A stretch of 64,000 bases of DNA from an uncultured Methanoregulaceae archaeon (GCA_963701095.1 OY969564.1:1120001-1184000), one strand, 5' to 3'; positions 1 through 9,731 are shown, counted from the first letter of the stretch. The notes: generated from the letters alone by a model not told the origin. Translations and numbers: made by a program.

Positions 1-129
1 TTGGTGTTTTCCTCTCAATATCAACAATTCCTCCCTATCATGCACGATGGGAATTGTTTCAAAATGGTATCCATGAAAAAACGATCGTGGAGTAATCTAA
101 TCCCTTTGCACCAGCCTGCAGTCTGGGTA

Positions 130-350
130 CATCATCGACAACTCCGAAATTCAGGTTTAGCCGGGAACTCTCCTTTTAGTATTTCGCTGACGAGATTCCG
201 CATTGAAGCCATGAACGTCAGATTATTCAGTGATTTCACCCATTTTTTTCATGGATAGCATCTCACGTATAACCGGTTCATTTTTTGAAACTAGCCATTT
301 CCGGGAACTACCTTGCCGCACTTTGGAATTTATCGCACAGACACCATTTT
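130..350 (-). pseudogene. Degenerate remnant of a PD-(D/E)XK (RecB/AddB/Cas4-like) nuclease C-terminus
   Basis: Minus-strand translation across frames gives ...CAINSK-GK-FPEMASF...MRNLVSEILKGEFPAKPEFRSCR*C...YPDC, resembling the 'I..GEFPAKP...CxxC.Y..C' tail of helicase-nuclease PD-(D/E)XK domains; interrupted by stops and frameshifts. Confidence 0.35.
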
Positions 351-460
351 CGAAAGATGAGATAGTGCAACCGGGTTCGAAGCCTGGTCAAAAAATAACG
401 TACAGAGGAACGACGCTCCCCTAAAGCCTTGCATATATTTTGTGTCTCGTCCCGCATCGA

Positions 461-507
461 CGTATCAAATTAAATGTAAGACAATAATACAATTAATTTC
501 GGGAGTT
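461..507 (+). repeat. Palindromic site A, copy 1 (AAATTAAATGTA-N9-TACAATTAATTT)
   Basis: Near-identical direct copy at 14786-14831; 12-bp arms with dyad symmetry (11/12). Confidence 0.85.
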
Positions 508-578
508 ATACCCAAAAAAATACTGCGTTTATGAGTCCGCGCTAGAAATTTTGAAAACAATTTTTGGATTTTTCCCGA

Positions 579-1799
579 TCATACATAATTATCATATTCG
601 GATTGCTCCACGCCGTCATTAAAATATCCTGCGACGATAACGTGGACTTTTCCTTCATGCGAGCGATCTTTTGTGACGGGAGTTTCCGTTGCAGGGACGG
701 TAATCTGGCTGTTTACCGGCAATATTTTATTTCCGGAAACGCTACCGATCATTCTCGGAACCATCCCGGAACCACTAACGCCCAAACCAGTCAAACTGTC
801 TTCATTTATTCCGCCCTGATAAATAATGGTAATTATAGTTGATGTCGCTGTATCTAACCTCTGAACAGAAACATTAACGATATGCGTTACGGGGGTTGGT
901 GAGGGTTGTACTGATATCGAATCAAAATCTGACAACGTCGGGGATGGAATCACGGTAATTATTTGAGTGACTTCTGATAAGGAGTTCATATTACCAGGCT
1001 GTGTGGAGAGAGATGTTGATGAGGATGAAACGTGGCTGCCATTACTGATTACGGCGATAAAAACGAAAAACAGTAAAAAAATAAATAAAACCGCAGAACC
1101 CCAGGTAATTACTCGTATCCCAGCCATCGTTCTCTTCTGGTTCGGTTTTTTCGGGATTTTTGGATACGGAGGAGCCTGCGGAAAATGTGATGGAGAAAAT
1201 GTAGGGGGAGTTGAAGAGGTGAAGGTATTCCCGGTAGATTTTGATGTATTGACCATTTCGATTTTTTTGAGAGCACTATCCCTGCTTGTTCGAATCTTTA
1301 TATCATGCGGATTGAGTTTGAGCGAACTATCATACGCTTCAACTGCTTCATGATATTTTCCCAGGAACGAAAGTGCGTCACCTTTACTATTCCATATAGC
1401 AGTATTCCCGGGATTTTTTGACAAAATGGTATCATAAACCGGGATCACTTTATCGTATCTTTTTAAGGTAAAGAGAACGGCACTTTTTCCTTTCAAAGCG
1501 TCAAGTTTGCCAGGTTTATACCCCAATATTTCATCAAACTCAGAGAGAGCCGCCTCGTATCGCCCGGCATTTATGTGATCCTGAGCGGATTGAAATAATG
1601 CAGAGATCTTTCTCTTTTCATCGGTAAATTTTTCATACGCCAGATTGATCTTCTTGATTCTCTCTTCTGCACCAGGTTCCCTGCAGATATCCGGATGAAA
1701 TTTCTTTGCCAGGTTTTGGTATGCTTTTTTGATCTCATTATCATCAGCGTCGCGGGATACGCCAAGATCCGTATAATAATCTGCATTGTCTCCGGCCAT
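579..1799 (-). CDS. Membrane-anchored J-domain (DnaJ-like) + TPR protein with a C-terminal archaeal pilin-like extracellular domain
   Basis: N-terminal DYY..LGV...[14 protein letters not shown]-domain; 3 TPRs; one TM helix; C-terminus TIIYQGG...[19 protein letters not shown]. Confidence 0.85.
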   Translation of the reverse strand: MAGDNADYYTDLGVSRDADDNEIKKAYQNLAKKFHPDICREPGAEERIKKINLAYEKFTDEKRKISALFQSAQDHINAGRYEAALSEFDEILGYKPGKLDALKGKSAVLFTLKRYDKVIPVYDTILSKNPGNTAIWNSKGDALSFLGKYHEAVEAYDSSLKLNPHDIKIRTSRDSALKKIEMVNTSKSTGNTFTSSTPPTFSPSHFPQAPPYPKIPKKPNQKRTMAGIRVITWGSAVLFIFLLFFVFIAVISNGSHVSSSSTSLSTQPGNMNSLSEVTQIITVIPSPTLSDFDSISVQPSPTPVTHIVNVSVQRLDTATSTIITIIYQGGINEDSLTGLGVSGSGMVPRMIGSVSGNKILPVNSQITVPATETPVTKDRSHEGKVHVIVAGYFNDGVEQSEYDNYV

Positions 1800-1827
1800 A
1801 GTCTCAGTCGCTGATTATCTTGTCAGT

Positions 1828-2067
1828 TCATGGAAAGTCAATACAGGAATCGGTATTTTGGAAATTGCACCGCCTGATGCGTTTATATGCTAAAATCCAT
1901 CCCTGTATGAACCCGTATTTTTCCAGCGCCATAATTGCATAGTTTGAGCAGGAGGGATAGAACCTGCAGATAATATTGCGCTTTTTGTTGTAGTTCCTGC
2001 CAATCTTTCCATGCCAGACACGTTTTATCAGGAATATTGACAAAACGGTGAAAAAATTACACTTCAT
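1828..2067 (-). CDS. yidD: Membrane protein insertion efficiency factor YidD-like (haemolytic domain) protein
   Basis: [25 protein letters not shown] signature. Confidence 0.8.
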   Translation of the reverse strand: MKCNFFTVLSIFLIKRVWHGKIGRNYNKKRNIICRFYPSCSNYAIMALEKYGFIQGWILAYKRIRRCNFQNTDSCIDFP

Positions 2068-2090
2068 AGTCTGGCATCCTTCCGGCAGTT

Positions 2091-3038
2091 TTATTTCTTC
2101 CTGAGGGCTATTTCACGATTTTTTATCGCCATAATGAAATCCGGGTTAATGGCTATCGCCCTGTCATATGAAGCGATGGCTTCTGCATACCGCCCGAGCT
2201 CTACCAGCAGGACGCCCCGGTTATTCCATGCCATCGCATACTCAGGATTAATGGCAACAGATTTGTCATACGAGGCTAACGCTTCTGTATTCCTGAGAAG
2301 TTTAGCCTGTGAAACACCGCGGTTAAACCACGCCATGGCATATTCCGGGTTAATAGCAACAGATTTGTCACATGAAGCGATCGCTTCTGCATGAAGCCCA
2401 AGTTTACCCTGGGCAACGCCACGGTTGTACCACGCTTCGAAATAATCAGGCTTTAGAGCAATGGCCCGGTCATACGAAGCAATTGCCTCTTTATGTTTAC
2501 CCTGCCTTGCCTGCGAGACCCCGCGATTAAATTCTGAAGCAGGATCTTTCGGATCGTACGTCAGGATTTTTTCAGAGAAACTATGCGAACCACACCGGGG
2601 ACAGGATTTTAACCGGTCTAATTCAGATCGGTTGGCGTCCCAATTTCTCTGGCTTGTCGCCTGCCGTGTTCCACCACACATACCACAGGTATTGCATTGT
2701 TGCAGGGAACCCTGGCATGAACCAAGAGTACCCTGAAAAGCACTTAACTTCAGGTCAGTCTCCCGTGATTTTAACGAGTGCCAGACTGTACCGCACTGCA
2801 GGCAGGTCCTTTCATATTCCTTTATGGAAAGCCATGAACTTTTATGCGAAACCGGCGCGTTTTGCGGTTTTTTCTCAATTGGTTTTTCTTTTTCGGTGTT
2901 TTGTTTTCCATCCGTTGGTTTATTGTGAGGAGGGGGTTGTTTTGTTTTTATGGGTTCGGGTTTTTTAACTTCAGGGGTTTCGGATGCTTCATCGTCTTTC
3001 TCAAAGATAGAATCATATATTTTATCCCGTAAACCCAT
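2091..3038 (-). CDS. Cys-rich (zinc-ribbon) + TPR repeat protein
   Basis: CLQCG...CNTCGMC...CPRCG followed by ~4 TPRs (AW.NRGV......G...EAIASYD.AIAINP). Confidence 0.8.
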   Translation of the reverse strand: MGLRDKIYDSIFEKDDEASETPEVKKPEPIKTKQPPPHNKPTDGKQNTEKEKPIEKKPQNAPVSHKSSWLSIKEYERTCLQCGTVWHSLKSRETDLKLSAFQGTLGSCQGSLQQCNTCGMCGGTRQATSQRNWDANRSELDRLKSCPRCGSHSFSEKILTYDPKDPASEFNRGVSQARQGKHKEAIASYDRAIALKPDYFEAWYNRGVAQGKLGLHAEAIASCDKSVAINPEYAMAWFNRGVSQAKLLRNTEALASYDKSVAINPEYAMAWNNRGVLLVELGRYAEAIASYDRAIAINPDFIMAIKNREIALRKK

Positions 3039-3208
3039 CAATATCAATTTCTATTGATTTTTATTCCAAGATATACATTATTATTTCGTTTTCTATACTT
3101 TTGGCATAAATGAAAAAAATACCTTATACGGTTGCACGAGAATTCAGTTCGATCAGTCCCGGTTGAATTTGAAAATTTGTGGTATTGTTGTCGATATGAA
3201 TGTGGGGT

Positions 3209-3622
3209 TTATACTGATTGGTTAAAAATTTCTCTTCGCTTGATAAGATATAAGGGAAATCCGATAATCCAAAGGAGTAAAACAATAATCCCCCAGCTGG
3301 ATGGGTCCCATGAGAGAGTATTCATCGACTCTTTCTCAAACCGGGTTCCAGCCCCAATAGATTTCGCATCCGAGTAAACCACCGCAGCACTAATCATGAC
3401 CATTATCACGCCCACGTAAATGTTAATGAAAAGGGCCAATAAACTAAAAATAAAGATCAATATCAGAACATAACTCACTGAATAGTTTTTTCCTTGCGCG
3501 CTATCGATTGCCCGATTTTGGCTCATGATGTTTGTTTCACCTGTTCTGGCTCCGCATTTATCACAAAATTTTGACGTTTCATTCACAAGAGGATTCCCGC
3601 ACTCTGGACAAAATCTGGACAC
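3209..3622 (-). CDS. Zinc-ribbon domain membrane protein
   Basis: FCPECG...KFCDKCG N-terminus; TM helices; W..V.LLW..G.PLYL..R motif; GTG start with AGGAG upstream. Confidence 0.75.
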   Translation of the reverse strand: MSRFCPECGNPLVNETSKFCDKCGARTGETNIMSQNRAIDSAQGKNYSVSYVLILIFIFSLLALFINIYVGVIMVMISAAVVYSDAKSIGAGTRFEKESMNTLSWDPSSWGIIVLLLWIIGFPLYLIKRREIFNQSV

Positions 3623-3705
3623 CTTCTTTCATCTCCTGATGAATTTGCTATATATTTTTTATATATTCTCTTTACAAAGTTAATAATATATATAATTTTC
3701 AACTT

Positions 3706-4569
3706 ATGTTTACTATGCAGCTGAGAAATGGTATCGGTGCAATGATAATTTTCGTCATGGTAATTTTTATCACGGGATGCATAAGTTCGACAACAACCGG
3801 ATATACACAAACAACGACCCCTACGGTGCCTGCACCAACGCCACAGATCGTTTATGTACCAGCAACAGCAACCCCCACTTCGGCGGTCATTTCTTCACAG
3901 AACTCGATAATAGGTGTCTGGAGAATTATTGATGCAAGCGGTTACGATGAACGGTTCCGGTTCAATGCAGACGGTACGTATCTGGAGAGTCTTTCTCCTA
4001 GCCCCACAAGTCAGACGTTAAATTATTACGGAACGTGGAGTCCTCAGGGGAGTATTTCCTACCAATTACGAAATAAAGTGCTTGGGGAAGTTGAAACGTA
4101 TGTATATGATCCCTCGATGGATGACCTTTATGCGACAACAGATCCCACTCAGTTATTGACCCCGTACCGGGGCGATGTAGCGGCTGCTTCCGCACAAATA
4201 GCAACTCCTTCCGTGCCAACACCTACACCGCGGATCGTTTACGTAACCGTACCGGTCACTCCATCACCGACATTTGACTCCGTACAGACAGCGACGCCAA
4301 CTCTTCCAACGCCACAGGTTATCTATGTAACGGTGACCGTAATCCCGACTCCAACCGTTTCAACCACACCTACTTCAAATCCGATTTTACAGCAATCCTT
4401 TTCCTGGACATGCCAGGGGTGCACCATTCAGAATAATATTTTATCGTGCAACGCCTGTCTCACTACACATAATACGTGGATACCGGCATCACTAACATTG
4501 CCCTGTAATGAGCCTGACGAGGTAGTCAATTGTAATGGGGTGTTACAATGCGGGGGAAATTGTCAGTAG
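3706..4569 (+). CDS. Predicted lipoprotein: lipocalin-like beta domain, Thr/Pro-rich linkers, C-terminal cyanovirin-N (CVNH)-like half-domain
   Basis: Lipobox-like ITGC; IIGVW...F.FNADGTY; repeated TP(Q/R)IVYV motif; C-terminal FSWTC...IQNNILSCNAC...SLTL...VVNCNGVLQC. Confidence 0.7.
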   Translation: MFTMQLRNGIGAMIIFVMVIFITGCISSTTTGYTQTTTPTVPAPTPQIVYVPATATPTSAVISSQNSIIGVWRIIDASGYDERFRFNADGTYLESLSPSPTSQTLNYYGTWSPQGSISYQLRNKVLGEVETYVYDPSMDDLYATTDPTQLLTPYRGDVAAASAQIATPSVPTPTPRIVYVTVPVTPSPTFDSVQTATPTLPTPQVIYVTVTVIPTPTVSTTPTSNPILQQSFSWTCQGCTIQNNILSCNACLTTHNTWIPASLTLPCNEPDEVVNCNGVLQCGGNCQ

Positions 4570-4611
4570 TGACAAATCCCATCAGATCCAAACTCAAACC
4601 ATTTCCCAAAA

Positions 4612-4649
4612 ACCTGTAAATTTTTGCACAATTTTCAGGTATTTACCGG
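4612..4649 (+). repeat. Palindromic site B, copy 1 (ACCTGTAAATT-N7-AATTTTCAGGT + ATTTACCGG)
   Basis: 36/38 identical to 5914-5951; 11-bp arms (10/11 complementary) around a 7-bp spacer. Confidence 0.9.
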
Positions 4650-4702
4650 ATCTATGGTCTGATTTTAAAAAAGGAAATAATGGCAATACATACATAATAG
4701 GT

Positions 4703-4909
4703 ATGTCAAATCAAGAATGTGCGACGAAACGGATACCCGTATGTCCCAGCACATGGGAAGCGGTCTATGAACTCCGGAAACCAGGTCAGACCTTTGACGA
4801 GGTTATCAGAGATATTGTGGCAAAGGAGAAGCGCCGCCGTTTATGTGAGGATGCAGATCGTAAAATGCGTGAAGGTCATTTTACGGAGTTCAAACCTAGA
4901 AGTTCCTGA
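4703..4909 (+). CDS. Small ribbon-helix-helix / archaeal antitoxin-like DNA-binding protein
   Basis: MSNQECATKRIPVCPSTWEAVYELRKPGQTFDEVIRDIV: the T.I.V...T...L..LK..G.T(F/Y)D.VI pattern of archaeal RHH antitoxin-like proteins; no toxin adjacent. Confidence 0.6.
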   Translation: MSNQECATKRIPVCPSTWEAVYELRKPGQTFDEVIRDIVAKEKRRRLCEDADRKMREGHFTEFKPRSS

Positions 4910-5047
4910 TCCTCATTAAAGATGAGGAGGTTCACGTCCATTTTTCCCTTCAATCGCCGTGATGGGGCTGTTTTCGTGCAGGATCCGGTTTTGTTAACCA
5001 GATGAGGAATCGCAACTCTTTTGGCAATTTAATAAAAAGCATTCATT

Positions 5048-5599
5048 ATGTGGGTACTGCTGCCCGGCCTTGTGATCGAATCCATCGGAATTGTTCTTCT
5101 CATCACCGGATTAGTGACCACCAGCCTGACGGGGATGATTGCCGGTGTCTGCCTGATAGCAACAGGAATTGTGGTACACATCGTACGGATTGCAGGAAAC
5201 ATGCGTTCCGGCCGGGGAGCTGCAGGAACCGAAACGAGACCCGGGCCGTCACCGGAACCAGACGGTGATACGGTGATCCTCTATGAAGATAACCTGATCA
5301 CGATTACCAAAAACGCGATCATTTTCAAGAATTACTCCCTGCTCCTGAAGCCCCGGCAGGTGAATTTCACGGATATTGATCATATCGATGTGCTAAAACC
5401 CTCACTGACCACCGGGAAATACCGGATATGGGGCTCCGGGAATCTTTCCCTGTGGTTCCCCTTGGATTCCGGCCGTTTTTCGCGGGACACCATATTCCAT
5501 GCATATCTCAGGATCCGCGGGATGAATATCGGGTTTACCGTTGAGAATGCTGATGAGGTTACGGCGATATTACAGGCCAAAGGTCTTATCCGGTCATAA
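5048..5599 (+). CDS. Hypothetical membrane protein (2 N-terminal TM helices + PH-like soluble domain)
   Basis: 183-aa ORF, hydrophobic N-terminus, YED..ITI....I.FKNY...I..I pattern. Confidence 0.6.
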   Translation: MWVLLPGLVIESIGIVLLITGLVTTSLTGMIAGVCLIATGIVVHIVRIAGNMRSGRGAAGTETRPGPSPEPDGDTVILYEDNLITITKNAIIFKNYSLLLKPRQVNFTDIDHIDVLKPSLTTGKYRIWGSGNLSLWFPLDSGRFSRDTIFHAYLRIRGMNIGFTVENADEVTAILQAKGLIRS

Positions 5600-5737
5600 C
5601 AGCCGTCCGGACACTATACCTGAAATGCGATAAGTACGACAACGCCACTAAATCCACTGATTTATTTTTGATATCAATTATTGACTGCTCCATCTCCGGT
5701 ATGATGGATGAGTGCCCTTCTTTAACGGGTTTTGTGC

Positions 5738-5899
5738 TCATATCGCACGGGCTTTGAACTGAATGTCATTATCATCATTGAACGGTTGCGAATGATCGTT
5801 TTCTGCAAGCATGATCTCTTTTGGGATTCCGTCGGGGAATGCCTCACACGCCTAGGCACCCCAATAATGAGCGCATTCCATACAGCGTATATTTATCAT
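5738..5899 (-). pseudogene. Small Cys/His protein (CxxCxH...C.AFPDGIP..I....DH..P...D..IQF family) with an in-frame TAG
   Basis: MINIRCMECAHYWGA*ACEAFPDGIPKEIMLAENDHSQPFNDDNDIQFKARAI; strong GAGGAGG RBS upstream; TAG at 5852-5854; absent from the ORF track. Confidence 0.65.
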
Positions 5900-5913
5900 T
5901 TAACCTCCTCAAC

Positions 5914-5951
5914 ACCTGTAAATTTTTGTATAATTTTCAGGTATTTACCGG
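5914..5951 (+). repeat. Palindromic site B, copy 2
   Basis: Direct repeat of 4612-4649; both mismatches lie in the central spacer. Confidence 0.9.
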
Positions 5952-6192
5952 CCTGATCATTAACACCTGTCGTTTCCCGTCCTGGTATTTTTTCACTTTA
6001 CCATCGAACTCTTTTCTAGACACTATAGTTTCATTATCCCGAAGATTCGACTGCCTTGCAACGGTGCATGGCATATTAATAAAAATATATATTGAAGATA
6101 TTTTTCTATTTAATCCACTAGATAAAATTCTCAACTATCATATTTCGGGAGAAGGCAAGGCATCTCAAAACAGGATTTAGGTGTGAAAAATC

Positions 6193-9100
6193 ATGGTTAA
6201 ATCATTAGGACATTTCGCAAACAGGATGATATTCATCCTTTGTATTGTTGTTTTCATAGCCGGTATCGGTATTCCGGTCAGTGCTGGAACAAATGTGACA
6301 CAATCCGTTGCGCCCGGTAGCATCGTTACCAACGTTGAATTTGCTCCCACGTATGTAACCCAGTGGGGGTCAAGCGGATTCGAGAATGGCCAGTTCGCAA
6401 ATCCCAACTGGGTTGCAGTAAGCCCGACAAACGGGTATGTCTATGTCGCTGACACGCAAAATAACCGCATCCAGGAATTTACACCCACAGGGGCATTTGT
6501 GAGCGAATGGGGAAATGGTAAGTTTGCACCCTATTGGCCCAACGGGCCCAGAGGAATAACAATTGATTCCAGTGGGAATATCTACGTAGCTGATTACGGG
6601 AATAACCGTATCGAGAAGTTCACTTCAACCGGTTCATATATAGCCCAATGGGGGTCAGGCGGATCCGGAAACGGCCAGTTCAACGGCCCCCTTGACATAG
6701 CAGTGAGCCCGAGCGGGAATCTCTATGTGACGGACAAAGGCAATTACCGTATCCAGGAGTTCACATCAACAGGTGTGTATGTAACTCAATGGGGGTCGAA
6801 CGGAAACGGGGACAGTCAGTTCGCACAGTGGGACGGGCCCAGTGGCATAGCTGTGGATGCAAGTGGAAATGTCTACGTGGCTGATTACGGGAATAACCGT
6901 ATCGAGAAGTTCACGTCAACCGGTGCATATCTCATGAATTGGGGATCAGCTGGAGGGGGCACCGGCCAGTTCAATAATCCGAATGGAATTGCGGTAGATG
7001 TTAACGGAAATGTTTACATTGACGACACCGGCAATAACCGTATCGAGGAATTCGCTTCCTCCGGGGCATATGAGGGAACATGGAATACCTATGGCAATCC
7101 TTCAACATCCAACTTTAATGGCCCCCTCGGTATTGCCATGAATGCGAGAGGAGACATGTACATCGCAGACACCAATCACAACGTGATGGTGAAGTTTTTC
7201 CCGTTCACTACGACACCGCCTGTTCCAGCAGTCACCAGGATCTCCCCGGCAACCGGGCTGATCACGGGCGGTACATCAGTCACCATCACCGGCTCGGGAT
7301 TTACCGAGGCTAGTTCCGTAAGCTTTGGCAGTCTTTCTACAAACAATATTACCGTTATCAGCGACAGTTCCCTTACCGTTACAAGCCCGGCCGTTGTTAC
7401 CGATGGAACGGTTGATATCTCAGTTACGACTCCCGGGGGAGTATCCGCTCCCGTTACCGCAGACCAGTACACGTATACCGGAACTCTTCCAACCTTTGTA
7501 ACCCAGTGGGGGTCGTACGGAAACGCGAACGGACAGTTAAAGAATCCCAGCTGGGTTGCGGTGAGCCCGACAACCGGGAATGTCTATGTGGTAGATAATG
7601 GCAACAGCCGGGTTCAGGAGTTCTCTTCCTCGGGAGTATATGTAACCCAGTGGGGATCGAACGGAAACGGGAACGATCAGTTTAACAATCCGAACGGAAT
7701 TACGGTGGACGCCGCCGGGAATGTCTATGTAGCTGATTATGGGAATAACCGTATCGAGAAGTTTACATCAACAGGTACATATACAGCCCAGTGGGGATCA
7801 AGCGGCTCCGGGAACGGTCAGTTCAGCGGACCAGTTGACCTAGCAGTAAGCCCGAGCGGGAATCTCTATGTGACTGACAAAGGCAATTATCGTATCCAGG
7901 AGTTCACACCAGCAGGTGTGTATGTAACCCAATGGGGGTCGAGTGGAAACGAGGACAGTCAGTTCGCACAGTGGGATGGGCCAAGTGGCATAGCAGTGGA
8001 TTCCAGTGGAAATGTCTACGTGGCTGATTACGGGAATAACCGTATCGAGAAGTTCACGTCAACCGGTGCATATCTCGTGAATTGGGGATCGGCTGGAGGG
8101 GGCACCGGTCAGTTTAACAATCCGAACGGAATTGCGGCAGATTCTTACGGAAATGTTTACGTTGACGACACCGGCAATAACCGTGTCGGGGAATTCACCT
8201 CATCCGGGGCATATGAGGGAACATGGAATTCCTACGGCAATCCAAAAGCCACCTTTAACGTTCCCTTCGGCATTGCCACAAGTTCGAACGGGAACCTCTA
8301 CATAGCAGATGCCCATAACAACGTCATGGTGAAGTACCTCCTCCATATACCACCTGTTCCGGCAGTGACCGGTCTTTCCCCGGCGCAGGGCCCGGTATCC
8401 GGCGGGACTGCGGTAACCATCACGGGAACCGGGTTCACCGGTGCAACAGCAGTATGGTTTGGAACAAACACCTCAACCAACTATACGGTAAATGCCGATA
8501 CCAGGATCACCGCGGTCTCACCGGCTAATCCTTCAGGGACCGTTAATGTTACTGTCACTACCCCCGGGGTACGTCTGCACTCTCAGCAGGAGACAAATTC
8601 ACGTATGGAGTGGTCCCGGTAATCCCGACAGTTACCGGCATCTCCCCGGTATCCGGCCCGACTGCCGGAGGAACTGCAGTAAACATCACCGGGACCGGCT
8701 TTACCGGAGCGACCAATGTAACCTTCGGGACTACCCCCGCACCTTCGTTCACCGTCAATAGCGCCACGTCAATCAAAGCCACAAGCCCGGCTCATGCAGT
8801 AGGGCTCGTTAATATCACCGTTACCACACCGGGCGGCACATCTTTAATATCAACAGCCGATCGCTATACCTTTACACTTTCCCCAGTAACCCCAACCGTT
8901 ACGGGTATCTCACCCACGTACGGAACAACCGCTGGCGGTACCGAGGTGATCGTTACCGGAACCACATTTACCGGAGCGACCTCAGTAAAATTTGGCTCTG
9001 CAGCTGGTACAATCATCGTGAACACAGGTTCACTTATCGTCGTGTCCAGTCCGGCCAATGCAGCGGGAACGGTTGACGTAACAGTCACCACTCCCACCGG

Positions 9101-9428
9101 GACAAGCACTACCTCTCCAGCTGACAGGTTCACGAATGTAGGAACGCCTACGGTTACCGGCATTTCACCGACCGGTGGACCTGTATCCGGCGGCACTGCG
9201 GTAATCATTAATGGTACCGGATTTATTGGTGTAACCGCTGTCATGTTCGGGACCACACCTGCATTTGCCATACCGGGAACCCAGTCTAATAACCCAAACC
9301 AGGTCGCTGCCGGTACCCAAATCATCATCAGCGCACCAACCCATACGGCGGGCATTGTTAATATAACGGTCACAACGCCCTTCGGAACATCGCCGATTTC
9401 AGCAGCCGATAAATACACGTATAAATGA
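6193..9428 (+). CDS. Secreted/surface protein: two NHL-repeat beta-propellers and ~5 IPT/TIG domains (one frameshift at ~8566, probably a sequencing error)
   Basis: Signal peptide; repeated GQF..P.GIAVD..GNVYVAD..NNRI.KF; P.VTGISP..GP..GGT.VTITGTGF; ORFs 6193-8622 and 8610-9428 join if one G is restored in cccccggggt. Confidence 0.9.
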
Positions 9429-9431
9429 CCG

Positions 9432-9473
9432 GTCAGGTGGGCCTCAATGGTGAGCCCTGACGATCATTTTTTT
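9432..9473 (+). terminator. Putative terminator (hairpin + T-tract)
   Basis: GTCAGG...CCTGAC stem followed by a T7 tract just after the stop codon. Confidence 0.4.
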
Positions 9474-9494
9474 AGGATTTCAATATGAAAAATT

Positions 9495-9569
9495 ATGGTT
9501 AAACAAATTGGACATTTCGCAAAAAGGATTGAAATTATCCTTCATATTGTTGTTATTTTAGCCTTATAG
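9495..9569 (+). pseudogene. Truncated paralog of the NHL/IPT gene 5' end (signal-peptide remnant)
   Basis: MVKQIGHFAKRIEIILHIVVILAL* vs MVKSLGHFANRMIFILCIVVFIA at 6193; the upstream tgaaaaat leader is also shared. Confidence 0.7.
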
Positions 9570-9731
9570 TGCGATCACAAAGTGATGGCTACCCGTTGTA
9601 TGATCGATACGATACACCAATCGGGATGAAAGCAGATGGGCAAACCACATCCCCGCAGAGCTGACAGGAGCCTCAATTGATTCATTTTTTTGATATCAAT
9701 TGATTTATGTTTACGATATCATTATGGACTT

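Noticed and set aside
370..388. ACCGGGTTCGAAGCCTGGT hairpin resembling a tRNA T-arm / att remnant
   Set aside because: No acceptor, D or anticodon arm, and no match to the two tRNAs in the window
6349..8340. Possible DGR template/variable repeat pair
   Set aside because: Both copies are in-frame domains of one gene, differences are not adenine-specific, and no reverse transcriptase is present
9638..9670. GGGCAAACC, similar to the start of a c-di-GMP-I riboswitch
   Set aside because: Lacks the GNRA-capped P2 stem and the downstream GCAAA/P3 elements
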